Shown here: positions 34,764 to 48,400 of the stretch, piece after piece
Layout: every line of letters starts with the position of its first letter
Position numbering within the stretch: position 1 is the stretch's first letter
Source: Tubulanus polymorphus
Lineage: Eukaryota > Animalia > Nemertea
Length of the DNA: 64,000 nt
Reading direction: 5' to 3'
NCBI RefSeq assembly: GCF_964204645.1
Contig: NC_134025.1
Coordinates: forward strand, 14,446,001 to 14,510,000
Translations under genes and position numbers: made by a program
Notes under the pieces: model-generated
Databases searched by the model: none
Told to the model about the DNA's origin: nothing
What the model saw: the letters and a program-made list of their open reading frames with translations, nothing else

Positions 34764-36010
34764 ATGAGTGGGAGTTATATCAATCCTTCTAAGAATCATA
34801 GAATATCTAATGCTATTAAAGCAGAAAGATCACATCATATAATTACTCATAACCCTTCAAATATTAATCCTGATGAAACTTTATATGTTAGAATTCCTCG
34901 ATTAACACAAAATACTTTTTACGTTCCAAATAGTATTTATTTATCAGCCGATATAAAAGTAATCGGTAATAATAATAATTATGTTGTTGATAATGTTGGG
35001 AGATATTTGATTAAAAAATTAACTATAAAGATTGGTCCAGAAACAGTTTTCTCATTAGATGAATATAATTTATTTATGCATTATAAAGATTTATGGTTAA
35101 CTAAAGAAAATAGAAATAATATGATATTTCAAGGCATCCAATCAGAAAACCAAAATAAATTAAGATCAGAAGCACATAATGCAATATTAACTAATGCTGT
35201 AGATAAATTGATAAAAAGTATATATGGAAGCAAATATAAAATTCCATTAGACTTTGAATTGATAAATAACAATGCACCTTTATATAAATACGCAATTCAA
35301 GAAGATGTTATATTCGAAATAACATTTGCTCCTGTTAATGAAATTGTAATATCTAGCGTTAATAAAGATATGAGTTATAAATTATCGAATATATGTTTAG
35401 AATATGACACAGTAACTGATGAAAATATTTCAAGTATAATTCAAACTAAATACAATCAAGGATTTTCATTATTATATGATTATATTGATAAATTTAAAAC
35501 CGTAACTATTAATGCAAATGATGAAATAATTAATGAGAATATTAACTTCCCAAGAAGATCTATTAAAGGTATATTAATATTTTTTACCATTGCAACATAT
35601 ACTAATAGCGCAATAAATGTTGATAATTATTATAATCCTGAAATAACAAAAGTGGAAATAACTATCGAAGGAATAGCAAATAAAATATTTTGTCAAGGAA
35701 TGAGAATGATTGATCAATGGCCAGAAATTAGAAAACATCTTATGAATGAAAAAGTGAAATCATCTGAAAATTGTAATATTAATCAAATTGATTATTATAC
35801 CGGTAATAAATATGCATTATGGTTAGATTTTAGAACAACAGAGGATAATTCATTACATGGTTCTGGGAAAAATTACAAAACAATAAAGATGGAATACAAT
35901 TATTCATGACAAAGAATAAAGGAATCAAAAATTTTAAAATGCACATTTATATTATATCTGACGCGCAATTAAATATTGTAAATTCTCAATTGAATAGTGT
36001 TATGTATTAG
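34764..36010 (+). CDS. Major capsid protein, frameshifted near the C-terminus
   Basis: Near-identical to 12624-13871. Confidence 0.8.
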
Positions 36011-36042
36011 AATTTTAACTTTAATAAAAATTTATATAATAA

Positions 36043-36879
36043 ATGGAAGGAGGTAAAGTATATAAACATATTCCATACATCGATACACATGAAAATAATG
36101 ATGGTTTATATTATGTAATACCTTGTAATATAGCTTTGATATTTGATCCTATTTTCAAAATTTATAAAACTAAACTAATAGAAATCGATAATAATAAAAG
36201 TGAAGTTGTTGATAATTTAAGTAATGTAATTGATAATAATGTAATACCTTCTACATCTAATAATGTAATACCTTCTACATCTAATAATGTAATACCTTCT
36301 ACATCTAATAATGTAATACCTTCTACATCTAATAATGTAATACCTTCTACATCTAATAATGAAATAATATTAAATGTTAGTGAAAATAGAAATTATTGTG
36401 GATATTGTAAAAGTGAATTTTCAAACGCTAAATCAAATTGGAATAAACATATGAATACAAGGGTACATATAAATAATGTTATAGAACGTGTTGGTTTAAA
36501 AGAATTTATAGAACACTCATTTAGATATGTTACAAAGTTTGTTTCAAATCAAAAAGTAAATGGTGAAAAAATATATGAAGATTTATTATTAGCAACACCT
36601 AATAAAGATGAATTAGATCTAACCGATGCTAATGAGATATTAGGATCAAACACTGTAAATGAAATATTAGGAGCAAACACTAATAAAGATTCTATGAAAC
36701 ATAAAGTAGAAAATAATGATAAATTTGATTGGATGAATAAGCATAACAATGAAACAACTATTGATGATGCGGTAAAAAAGGTGAAAAATAAGTATAAAAA
36801 TAATAGAGAATTTGAAGAAGAAAATTCGGTAAAGAATTGGAATAAATTGTTAGGGGGGTCTGATAGTGAAAGTGATTAA
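36043..36879 (+). CDS. Zinc-finger protein with five VIPSTSNN repeats
   Basis: Orthologue of 13904-14788. Confidence 0.7.
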   Translation: MEGGKVYKHIPYIDTHENNDGLYYVIPCNIALIFDPIFKIYKTKLIEIDNNKSEVVDNLSNVIDNNVIPSTSNNVIPSTSNNVIPSTSNNVIPSTSNNVIPSTSNNEIILNVSENRNYCGYCKSEFSNAKSNWNKHMNTRVHINNVIERVGLKEFIEHSFRYVTKFVSNQKVNGEKIYEDLLLATPNKDELDLTDANEILGSNTVNEILGANTNKDSMKHKVENNDKFDWMNKHNNETTIDDAVKKVKNKYKNNREFEEENSVKNWNKLLGGSDSESD

Positions 36880-37275
36880 GATATTGATTATATTTAACTC
36901 AAATTATAATATTAGTTGAAAATTGTATAAAATAATAGTAAATAAAAAAGGGGTTTTAAGTATTTAAGGTATCTAATAGGGTATCTAATACATATCTAAT
37001 ACATATCTAATACATATTATTTGAAAATGCCTTAAATTATATTTCTTTTTTAAATTCATATTAAAACCTCAGTAATAATAAATAACCTTTATTATTTTCA
37101 AACTTATTCATATATTAGTTGAAAAATAAAAATAAATTGGTTGAAAATTGTATAATAATATTTATTTTAAAAAAGGGGGTTTTAAGTATTTAAGGTATCT
37201 AATAGGGTATCAGGTATTAGGGTATCTAATGGGGTATCATGTATTAGGGTATCTAATACATAGGTATACAAATAG

Positions 37276-37887
37276 TTATTTTATAAATTTATATTCATAG
37301 GGAAATTGTAATCTCAGTAATAATTTTGAACCTTTATTATTCTTTAATTTATTCATATATTCATCATGTAATTCAGTAGGTATAATTTGATTTTCTTCCA
37401 ATGATTGTTGCATAGATTTTTTATCTTTGTTATAAAATAAAACTAGAAATCTTATATTCTCCCTAAAGTCTTTAACAATTGAATTATATTTTTGATTTAA
37501 AACCCATGTTGTTATCCCAAAATGTCTCCCAGAGAAAGCTAGATAACATAACTCACTTTCTCTAACTTTTGAATCATGTAAATTTGCGCAATCATCTATA
37601 ATGAATAATGTATTTGATCCTTTATAAGTATCAATTGCTATTTTAATACAATTATCTAAATTTTCTTTTACTGTTTTAGGATCTAATATAATAAACTTTT
37701 TCATCTTAACTATATCTCTATTATATGTTTTATTTATTTCATAAGTAGGACAGAATAATATTATATTATCAAAATGATTCTTATAAATAGTTTCTAACAA
37801 ATCTAATATGAAATGTGTTTTACCACAATTGGTTACTCCAGTGACTAACATATTATGCGGTTCAAATATAAATAAATCTTTATTCAT
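37276..37887 (-). CDS. A32-like (FtsK-HerA) genome packaging ATPase, intact
   Basis: GVTNCGKT (Walker A), LFIIDD (Walker B), SGRHFGI, LNQKY. Confidence 0.92.
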   Translation of the reverse strand: MNKDLFIFEPHNMLVTGVTNCGKTHFILDLLETIYKNHFDNIILFCPTYEINKTYNRDIVKMKKFIILDPKTVKENLDNCIKIAIDTYKGSNTLFIIDDCANLHDSKVRESELCYLAFSGRHFGITTWVLNQKYNSIVKDFRENIRFLVLFYNKDKKSMQQSLEENQIIPTELHDEYMNKLKNNKGSKLLLRLQFPYEYKFIK

Positions 37888-38952
37888 TTATTCTTTTAAT
37901 TATACTAGATAAAATCCATTCATTAAATTTATCATCGTATCCTTTATATTTCACCAAAGAATACTTTTTTCCTTTAAGAGTTTTTGTTTTCAATACTTTT
38001 TCTATTTTGTATTCTATTTCGTCTGGGTTTGGTACAAGTGATAATTCTTGTTCATAGAAATAACCTAATATTTCTTCATCTTTTAGATCTTCTAATTTAT
38101 AAACAAAAGGTTTAGTTAATATTATCTTTTTAATCTTGAATATTTCGTCTGTAAAATTTGGGGTATAACCTTTATAAAAGGTTTATCTATATTTAGATAT
38201 TCTAACGTGTTGTCCTATTTTAAATTTAGGTTCGCCGAAATTATGTGTAACAAATGCTCCATATAAATTATTCCAAACTATTTCCGAATTATCTTCTTTT
38301 CTAGCTTGTATAGGTTTCATATTTATAGAACTATGTTTAGAATTACTATAACCTTTCACTAAATCATCTAATACATCGATATATTTATATGTTTCATTAG
38401 CAGTAAAATATTTCCACGTTCTAGATTTCAATGTTTTATTAAACCTTTCTATAATAGATGCTTTTTTATCTGAATGTGTTGAAAAATATTCTACATCGCT
38501 TTCAGATAACAATTTTTTGAAATTTTTATTATAAAATTCCTTACCTTCATCAAATTGTATCTTATCTGGAATAGCTTCTTTGAATATATTTTTAAAAGCA
38601 TTAGTAACTTCTATACCAGTTTTATTTCTGATTGGAATTGACCATGCGTATCTACTGAATATGTCTATAACATTTAATATCCAGAAATATCCTTTGTTGT
38701 ATTCCTCTAAGTTCTTCATGTCAATTAAATCAGCTTGCCATTGTTGATCGATATATGAAACCATAACTTTTCTTGTTAAATAAGTTTTATCCATTTTCTT
38801 GTGGATTTGATATGTTGGTTGATTTTGTAACCATGATTTCAATTCACTATATTTTATATTGCCATTTTCCTTATCAGATTTAATTTTACCCCATATGATA
38901 CTTCACTTTCTGGGTTATAATATAACTCTCTTAAATATTGTTCTTTTTTCAT
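37880..38952 (-). pseudogene. rve integrase with chromodomain (nonsense near 38183, deletion near 38895)
   Basis: WQADLID, QFDEGKEF, IERFNKTLK; chromodomain-like C-terminus. Confidence 0.9.
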
Positions 38953-38959
38953 CTTATTT

Positions 38960-39328
38960 TAATCCATTAATAATAATTTAGATTTAGTTTCAATGGCTTT
39001 ATGATTTGATTTATTTTCTGGTATGATAGGTTTATTATCATTTGGAATCATCTTTATCATCAGATTTGAATTTTGATTTATATATTACACCGGATAATAT
39101 AATAACTGTTACTAATCCAATTGTAATATATAATTTATAATTACTTCCAGCATTAGAAGAATCAGACGGATTATTATTTGAATTAATATCAGATAATTTC
39201 TGTGATTCATTTATATCAGTTAATTTCTTTTTCTTAGCTTTTTTTAATTCTGAAGATCTTTTACCTAATTCTCTTGCCCATTTAATTTGTTTTTCAGATC
39301 TAGCCTTTTTCTTAACATCATCACTCAT
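38960..39328 (-). pseudogene. Small basic single-TM protein (premature stop near 39038)
   Basis: Orthologue of 16809-17133 with the TM retained. Confidence 0.62.
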
Positions 39329-39922
39329 TTATTTTAGTTAATTTTTGTTCTGATTCATTTTCTGTTTCGACGTTTGGTTGTAGTACATCTGTTTCGTTCT
39401 TACCTGATTTATATTCCATAGGTTTGATATTCGAAAATGTTATGACGCCAGTAGAAATTAATGTCATAACCGATCCTAATTGAAATGAAGCATAACCAAC
39501 CCATTTTTGTAATTCAGTCATAACTAAGTAGTCATTTTTCAAATCACTATATAATTCATTTCATCATCAATTGGTATTAACTGGTTACATAACTTAGAAT
39601 AACATTTGACAATACCATCTGAAATTGAATCATTTATTTGGGCCAATCTTGCCGCTTCATAAATCTTAAAATATTTTATTACTTAATCTGGTTTCATAGC
39701 ATCTAATTCTTGAAAAGTTATTATTTTCCCAATAAACTGATTACATTTACCACTAGCAATTAATAATTCTAGATGGTGCTTACAATATAAGTAGTATTCA
39801 TAATCAATATTGTTATTAACTTGAATAGAATTAGAAACAACTGGATCCGTATTATCACTTATGCCCAAATCATCTAATGTCTTTTCAATATCAATACTAT
39901 TCTTACTCGATTTCTTTGACAT
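39321..39922 (-). pseudogene. Disrupted orthologue of the 200-aa protein
   Basis: ORF pieces 39683-39922 and 39321-39542. Confidence 0.7.
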
Positions 39923-40549
39923 TTATATTGGAGAAATTTAATAAGAAAAATATTATAAGTATTATAAAATGATACTAGATAGTTAAAGCTAAAGAATTCT
40001 AGTATTGACTACTGATACTAGCTATTTGAATTTAAAGAATTTCTATTCGAATCTATTCAAAATATAAAGTATTCTCTTTTGAAAAGAAAGTATTGAAAAT
40101 ATAATAGAATTCACTAGCTAGTTGAAGTTATTGTTTTTTAAATACTTTTTATTTAAATTAGGATTTAGATTATCTCACTACTATTGTGTACCTATAGGAG
40201 CAGTAATTATAACTGTCCAGATAAGTCATTTCGGATTCTTGATAATAAATCCTTAAACTGAAAATAAATTCTAAGAAACGACTGGTGGAAATACTATTTC
40301 ATAAACACATATATTTCATTCTACAATCATTATCGATTTCCACATTCCAAGCCGCTCGGCAGCCGAGCGGTAAGGTATGCGTGGAATGCAGGAATAAAGT
40401 ATAATACAACATCTGTCACTGTGCGACATTAACAACAGCTGAATATAGAATAATAGACAATGCAATTAGGGTAACTATAATACAAATACAAAAAATCTAT
40501 ATAGTATGAAAAATTGTTAACTAAACAAACAAATCATCTTTAGGATTTT

Positions 40550-41258
40550 ATAATTCCGACCAAAATTCTTTGATTTCGGGGTAATTTTCAAACATTTTTT
40601 CGATTTCTGTCAAATGATTAATAACTGTATCAAATGGTAATACCAATAATTGAAATTTTTTAAATGAATATAATTTCCCAATCCCTCTAAGTTTTCTTTC
40701 ATACCCGACACTAATATGTATATCTTCTTTAACCCAATTAGCCCATGAAATATTTATAGTTGAGTCGAATGAAAAAGAACAAACCCTTTATTCAAGGAAT
40801 TCCCAAAAATTATAAAATCCCAAAGATGATTTGTTTGTTTAGTTAACAACTTTTCATACTCGCTTATCAGTAATCCACTAATTTCCGAAAATAAATGCAC
40901 GTCTATTTCACTAAAGTTCGATAAATCTCTATGATCCAATAATTTTGATTTTAAATATTCGTGTAGTTCATAACCGCTCAATTTGATTCTATTTTCTTTA
41001 AGTCCTAATAATGTTTTTAAACTTGGCGTTGGTATTTTTGGTAATTCTTGTATCTTTGATTGTTTGGTTGTAATTACTTCGTCCAAAATTGACACTAATT
41101 GTTTATAATAATCCATATGTTTCCTGAGTTTTTCGATATTTTTTTCTTCCTATTACAGTTTCTTGTGATGATGGCGTGTTGACATCCATACATTCTGGCT
41201 CATCACTTTCTTGCGTTAGATTTGGAGTAGATGGTGGAGTTCTTGATCTGTATGACAT
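40550..41258 (-). pseudogene. Accessory helical protein of copy 2 (frameshifted)
   Basis: ATG at 41258 (MSYRSRTPP...), ORF 40754-41116, continuing as ISWANWVKEDIHISVGYEKKLR...IEKMFENYPEIKEFW; weak remnant at ~19330-19660 in copy 1. Confidence 0.55.
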
Positions 41259-41701
41259 TTTTTACTAAATATCTAGAATGTAGAATAAAACTAACTTGAA
41301 GTTGTAGTTGTCAAATATCAATTACAGCACTTAAACATGTTTAACGTTTCCCTGCGTCTTAATAACAACAAAAACAGTACTTACATTTATAACTGTAAAC
41401 TCCTAATTGTGTTTCTAGAGAGAAATCTTATACGTTCTATATATTGCGTCTTTTCAGTTCGTATGTTGTAATGCGACTGCGCTCAATATACCAGGCACTG
41501 TCTGTCTAAGCAACAGATGTTCCTTTGTAATATAATTGATTAATCCTTTTCAACTGGAATAGCACATTCGATCAATATTCAAATGAGGTGCGCCCCATTC
41601 AACTGAATATGAAATACGGCACAGATGTTTTTGTAAACAACCTAATACAATTACATATAGGCGGTTTGACATAGATCGAGAGTAACCGGTTTTCTAAGCG
41701 C

Positions 41702-42355
41702 TCAAGCTTCAACGTATTTTTCAGTATGTGTTGAGTTCCATAATTCAACAAATGTCCTTGCTTTATCCAGTTGGTCTAAATATAACTGTATATCTAGTTT
41801 ATTAGATTTAATTATGTTTTCCTTCTTTTCTAAAGGTCTTAAATTTTTCCAACTCCAAATAAGTTTTTTATTGTATTCATCATTCATGTTAAATTTAGAA
41901 ATCGGCAACACATGATCAATATGGTAATAATCCCCATAATTATCTATATTCATTTTATCATCGAATTGAAATATAATCCATAATTTGAGAAATTCATCTG
42001 AACAACCCAATAAATTAGATAGTGTTTCTGAATGTGTTTCTTTGGTGAATAATTGTGTTAATCTAGATCTTAAACATTGTTTTAATCTAAAATTAAGATC
42101 TGTTTGATATCTTACTCTCATATATTCTGTCATATAATCATTGTAAGCTTCTCTATTATCTTCTCGATATTGTTTGGTATATAGTTTAGTACATGTTTTA
42201 CAGCAATATTGAAAACCATCATTGTTTATCTTACGCTTACTTAATTCTGTTAAAGCTAATTTATCTAATTCACACTTAGAACACTTCTTGTAGTATATAT
42301 TTATGACGCCAGTGTTATTTGTAATATTGATAATTTGTGGTTGTTCCGGTTCCAT
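41702..42355 (-). CDS. HNH endonuclease, intact motif
   Basis: HIDHVLP...WKNLRPLEKKENIIKSNK; N-terminal CxxC pairs. Confidence 0.85.
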   Translation of the reverse strand: MEPEQPQIINITNNTGVINIYYKKCSKCELDKLALTELSKRKINNDGFQYCCKTCTKLYTKQYREDNREAYNDYMTEYMRVRYQTDLNFRLKQCLRSRLTQLFTKETHSETLSNLLGCSDEFLKLWIIFQFDDKMNIDNYGDYYHIDHVLPISKFNMNDEYNKKLIWSWKNLRPLEKKENIIKSNKLDIQLYLDQLDKARTFVELWNSTHTEKYVEA

Positions 42356-42377
42356 TTATTATACGTATTTTTTTACT

Positions 42378-42960
42378 AAATTGATTTTAGAAGTTCAATA
42401 TCATGTATTATTTCAATCACACTTTACTAACACTTTTAATGTTTAAAAATCTAACTCATACAAATATAAATATTGAAATAATGTTTTAAATATATACTTT
42501 TATATTGAATAATCTGACAATTTAAATGTTATTCATGTATATGATTATTTTAAGAGTAATAGGGGTAATGGGCTTTCAGGTTAAAGGTTGAATGGTCGAG
42601 TTCATTAAAAACAAAACATTAAAAGTAATTTAGAACTGTAATATATTTTCATAACCGTGTGTATTTCAGTAGAATAATAGAATAATTATTATTATTAAAA
42701 TATATTTGATTATATGAATTTGTGTATTGTAAATAAATCAATTGGTCGCGGAGCGGTAGCGAAGTGGAGCGACCAATTGATTTAATACAATATGCTTTTT
42801 AAATTTAAATTATTGATATCTTAGAATAAATATTTAGTTATAATATAAAATACACACGGTTGTGAAAATATATTATAGTTTTAAATTACTTTTAATGTTT
42901 TGTTTTTTAATGAGCTCGACCGTTCGACCTTTGGCTTGAAAGCCCATTACCCCTATTACT
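42378..42960. repeat. Right TIR of copy 2 with ~406-bp fold-back hairpin (42555-42960)
   Basis: AGTAATAGGGGTAATGGGCTTTCA ... TGAAAGCCCATTACCCCTATTACT. Confidence 0.92.
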
Positions 42961-43357
42961 TCGGACTAAAGGTTAATAATGATCAGGAATTTTTGGAAGA
43001 AGCCCTGAAAGACAAAACGTTCAAAGCATGTGTCAAAAAAGCGGAAGACTTTACGCCGTTCAACTTTGTTGTATTCTGCAGAGATCAGGATTCTTTTGAT
43101 CTATTGAAGAATCACCAACTGCAAATTAAAGATGTATCCGTAACGATGCACCCTCCAAAAGAAACTCCGACAGTTTTACGAGCAGAGGGTGTTCCTTCGA
43201 ACTGCCCCCATTCGGTCATCGACGAAATTTTGTGCAACTACGGTAATATCCTTACCAAAACGTATCATCCTAAATACCCGAAAACGGATATCGAAAATGC
43301 GAGTAAACGAGTAATAGAAATGTCGCTAGATAAACCGATACCGAGAAATATCGCGAT
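42961..43357 (+). pseudogene. Fragment of L1/Tx1-like ORF1 (RRM-type) protein
   Basis: VLRAEGVPSNCPHSVIDEILCNYGNI...ENASKRVIEMSLDKPIPRNI pattern; higher GC than flanks. Confidence 0.6.
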
Positions 43358-43359
43358 GA

Positions 43360-44330
43360 GATCAACATATAAATGATTCCAAACAATTTCATCATTTTCT
43401 GGTTTTCTAGCATCGATAGGTTTCATTCCAATAGAAGAATGATAAGAATTATTATAACCTTCTATCAATTTTGGTAAAACATCAATCCATTTAAAAGTAT
43501 TATTTGCTGTAAAATATTTCCACATTCTTGTTCTTAATGTTCTATTAAATCGTTCAACAACTGCTGCTTTTTTATCCGATTTTGTTGAAAAATATTTAAT
43601 ATTATGATAATCCAAGAGTTCATGAACAGATGAATTATCAAATTCTTTTCCATCATCAAATTGTATTTTTTCTGGCTTTTCTTAAAATTTTATTTTCTTA
43701 AAACATTTGATGTTTGTACAGCATCTTTTCTATAAAGTGGGAAGCTCCATACATAACGACTAAAAATATCAATTATATTCAATATACACCATTAATCATC
43801 ATTATCTTTCGTAACATTTTTCATATCAATTAAATCTCCTTGCCACTTTGGTTTCCATAGACAAGTGGCTGTCCAATATCAATAGTAGACAAAAACCCAC
43901 AATAAAAAGAAATCTGGTATATACTAACAGCTATAGGGATCACTTAGTTACCTTGTTGCTATATTTTGTATTGTTATAACTGTACAATAAATCAGTTTTT
44001 TGAAAATGGCTCATAGAATTGAGTTGAAACGTTAAACTACCAGATAGTTTTTCTTTTTATTGTGGGTTTTTGTCTACTCCTTGCCTCTGTTGATCTACAT
44101 AACTTACCATAGTTTTACGAGTTTTATATTTTCTAACATTTTTTTTATGCGTTGTATATGTTGGGTGTTCTAACATTAAATCATTTATATCTTTATATTT
44201 AACTAAGTTTTGTGGGATTATCTTATCTAATTTATCTTGTTTTACTTGATGCCATATATTTTTGGTAGAAGAATAAGCAACCGAAATCCCAGGGTTATAA
44301 TATAAATTTCTTAACTATTTTTCTTAAGTA
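43360..44330 (-). pseudogene. rve integrase of copy 3, interrupted by a small insertion
   Basis: LYYNP...; WQGDLIDMK; IQFDDGKEF; VVERFNRTLRTRMWKYF. Confidence 0.85.
43850..44085. mobile_element. ~235-bp insertion with 28-bp inverted repeats (Penelope-like end fragment or MITE)
   Basis: AGTAGACAAAAACCCACAATAAAAAGAAA (43884) and its reverse complement (44050-44078); interrupts the integrase between YVDQ and WQGD. Confidence 0.6.
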
Positions 44331-44383
44331 TTTCGAGTTTTTTTATCCCCTATTTTTATATCGTTAATTTCAACTTAATATTT

Positions 44384-45498
44384 TTAATATTGAATACTAT
44401 GTAATTGAGAATTTATGATATTAAATTGCGCATCAGATATAAAATAAATGTGCATTTTGAAATTTAAACTTGCTTTTTCCTTTTTCATGAAAAATTGTAT
44501 TCCATCTTTAGTGTTCTGTAATTTTTTCCCAGAACCATGTAATGAATTATCCTCTGTTGTTCTAAAATCTAACCATAATGCATATTTATTGCCGGTATAA
44601 TAATCAATTTGATTAATATTACAATTTTCAGAAGATTTAACTTTTTCATTCATAAAATATTTTCTAATTTCTACCCACTTATCTATCATTCTCATTCCTT
44701 GACAAAATATTTTATTTGCTATACCTTCAATAGTTATTTCTACCTTTGATATTTCAGGATTATAATAATTATCAACATTTATTGCACCATTAGAATATGT
44801 TGCAATGGTAAAAATATTAATATACCTTTAATAGATCTTCTTGGGAAGTTAATATTCTCATTAATTATTTCATCATTTGTATTAATAGTTACAGTCTTAA
44901 ATTTATCAATATAATCATATAATAATGAAAATCCTTGATTGTATTGAGTTTGAATTATGCTTGAAATATTTTCATCAGTTACTGTATCATATTCTAAACA
45001 TATATTCGATAATTTATATCCCATATCTTTAACAACGCTAGATAATACAATTTCATTAACAGGGGCAAATGTTATCTCGAATATAATATCTTCTTGAATT
45101 GCGTATTTATATAAAGGTGCATTATTATTTATCAATTCAAAGTCTAATGGAATTTTATATTTGCTTCCATAAATCTTTTTTATCAAATTATCTGTAGCAT
45201 TAGTTATTATTGCATTATTGGCTTCTGTTCTTAATTTGTTATGGTTTTCTGATTGGATGCCTTGAAATATGATAATATTTCTATTTCCTTTTGTTAACCA
45301 TAAATCTTTATTATGCATAGATAAATTATAATCATCTAATGAAAAAACTGGTCCAATCTTTATAGTTAATTTTTTAATCAAATATCTCCCAACATTATCT
45401 ACAACAAATTATTATTATTACCAGTTACATTTATATAGCTGACAAATAAACACTATTTGGAACATAAAAAGTATTTTGATTTAATCTTGGGATATATA
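44384..45498 (-). pseudogene. Major capsid protein of copy 3
   Basis: ORFs 44779-45381 and 44384-44695 are highly similar to the MCPs of copies 1 and 2. Confidence 0.8.
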
Positions 45499-48400
45499 TC
45501 ATCTCATATTCACTAACCCAAAAATAATAGCACTAACAATTGTAATTAAAAATGAAATAATATGTTCAGCAGCAAAACTAAGAATATTCCCAGCAGATTT
45601 TAAAACAAAACTAACAATCGATGCAATAATTCCGGGTAAAGCTGCAGCAGATTTTTTAGATAGTTCCCATAGATATTTTGCTAATTCCTTTAATCCATCT
45701 TTCACTTTATCTTGTATATCAATATTTATTTTTTTTGTAACATTTTCTATTTCATTACTGTTACTTATTCTTTTAATTCTAGATGGTTCTCAATTACTCA
45801 AAGTTGATTCTGCTAATATTTTGTTTTGATTTTTTTAAGTGATATTAATATAATAATCATCTTTCAAATGATAGTAATATTCACCATCTAAAGATTTTAA
45901 TTCTTGTACTAAATATCTGGCACCTCTATCATTTATATTATATCCAGATTTTTCAAATATAGGTTTAAAATTATTTATATATTCATTATATTATATTCTG
46001 TCTTACTAAATCTGGATTTTCATTTTCAATATTTATTCTCCGTCCAGCTCTTCTATCAAAATCGCCTGTTGATATTATATGATCATTAAAACCACTATCT
46101 GCTAAATTATTATTATATTCTGGCTCATTACCGTCATTAAAACTTGTTTCATTAAAATCAGGCGGTTGTTCTTCAGTTATGCCGGGTTCATTAAAAGTAT
46201 CCATTCCAATATCTTCTCCACCTTCTACATCCATTTATATAATAAAAAAATTAAAATTAAAAATAAAATATTCCTCCTATTACAATTCCTATACAAGTAA
46301 TAGCTAATTCAGTATTTCCATGTGATTTATCATTATTACTTATAATTATTTCGTGTTGAATATTATCAGTTTTTATATTTTCTGTCATATTGTAATCTTT
46401 TATTTTAGAATCAATATCCAATTTGATATTTTTAGTTTTAGTTTCTGTTGATTGAATATGTTTTTTAATTTTTTAACGTCCATTACTTTTAGAGCAGTAA
46501 TAATCTTTTTATTCATATCATTTAATCCAAACTTATTATTTACTGTTGCAGTTTTAATTAGATTATTATAACCAATTATATTTCCCATCTTTAATATTAA
46601 ATCATCAGAAATAATAATCAATAAATTAGGTCCTATACAATAATTTAATCTTACATGAGATTTATCTAAATAATTTTGGTACCTGACTATATTTTCTGGG
46701 ATCGATCTATTTTTATCATTACGAATTGAATCTTCAAATAAAACTTTTAATTGTTTTTGTGTATAAATTGATGTATTTAAATTTCCAATTATTGGGAATC
46801 TTGTTTCAACTTGTGCGCCTAGTATGCAAATTAAATAAGTTCTAATTGATTGATTTATACTTTGTATACCAGCATTAGTAAAACCTTTACTATTTTCTAA
46901 AATAAAATAAACCCAACCATTATTGTTTTCTTGTTTTGAATTATCATAAAATTTCGGTAATTGATTGAAATTTAATGTTTCTAAATCCAAAGTTTCTATT
47001 TTACCGTAACCTAATTTATTATTTTAGATATCATAAAAACTATTAGATGCTACGGGAAGTGCACAATATTCTACAATTTTTTTTAGGGAAAGGAAGTGAT
47101 CTTATTGTTCCAATTTTTGTTCTAAAATCAGAATTATTTATACCTATATTAAATTCATTACAAATTTTATAAAACTTTGATAAATTAATATTATTATCTA
47201 ATTCTTTAAAATACCTAGATCCTTGTAAAGGGGTCTCTAATTCATTTATTATTAATCTTATTTGAAAGTATGTGTGGAATCTAAATAAACTTTGAATTAA
47301 TTTACATTTAGAATTACTCAAATGATCATTCCAACTAATTCCACAACCTTGTTGTTGAACAATAAACTGCAAAATTTAATTGGTTCTGCCAATATTTCAT
47401 ATTAGATTTTAATAACCATTGCTTTTCATCTTTCAATTTTTTAAAATTAATTAGATATACATGAAATATATTTTCCATCTTTGCATTAAAATTATTAGTT
47501 TCATCATTAGTAACATAAATATCTAAATTAATTAATGAATTTAAAACTTATTTCTATATGAAATATCTTTATTAAAATCTATTGCAGGAATATTATATTT
47601 AATTTATTTATTATATTGGAAAGCTTTTGGAAAACTATCTACCATTTATATAATAAAAAAATTAATAATCTATTAATTCTTTTAACAATTTATTTTGTTC
47701 TTCAACTGTTATATTACCATTTAAACGTATTATATAATCCAATGTATTTTTTAATTTATTAATTTCTTTTATATTAGATTTTATTTTTTCTTTATAACTT
47801 GTTATATTTAATTTTGAACTTATGCCGGTTAATACACTTGAACTTAAACCTAAAGCTCCAATTGAGATAGCTAAAGGTGTTAATGGTGAGAATAATGCTA
47901 GAAATGTTTTTATAGAACTAATTGTAACTGAACTACTAATAATAAAGTAATATATAATTTTACTTTTTAAATATTTTTTCTTTTTAATTTTTAAATCATT
48001 TTCAAATTCTAATATGTTTTTCCAAATATAATTTTTATTTAGTTTTATCTATATCATGAGGAATAATATCAATATTGTCAACTTTATCATTCATTTATTT
48101 AAAAAAGAAATTACTAATTAGTAAATTTATATAAGCAACAAATAATACAATAACTGTTCCACCTAAAATCCAAATTATTACATATTTCCGTTGTTCACTA
48201 CTTGGTGTATAATAATCTGATAATTTAGGTTTATATAGATGTAATTTTTCTTTATTTGTTACTGCGTTATATGAACTCATAGCTTCATCGACTGATTGAA
48301 AATCTCTATGTGTAATTTTCTGATTATATAATTCTTTATTAATGTAATCCATGTAATTTTGTCTCTTTTCTCTGTATTCTCTGCAGCTTTATTGTATTTC

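Larger units (their letters stand above)
26580..42960 (+). mobile_element. Polinton/Maverick-like endogenous virus, copy 2 (both TIRs present; left TIR truncated at the hairpin apex)
   Basis: TIRs 26580-26989 and 42378-42960; same gene set as copy 1 except for a ~1.7-kb deletion near 31985. Confidence 0.95.

Noticed and set aside
42900-43376. 158-aa ORF as a single gene
   Set aside because: Chimera of TIR sequence (to 42960), a LINE ORF1 fragment and antisense integrase.
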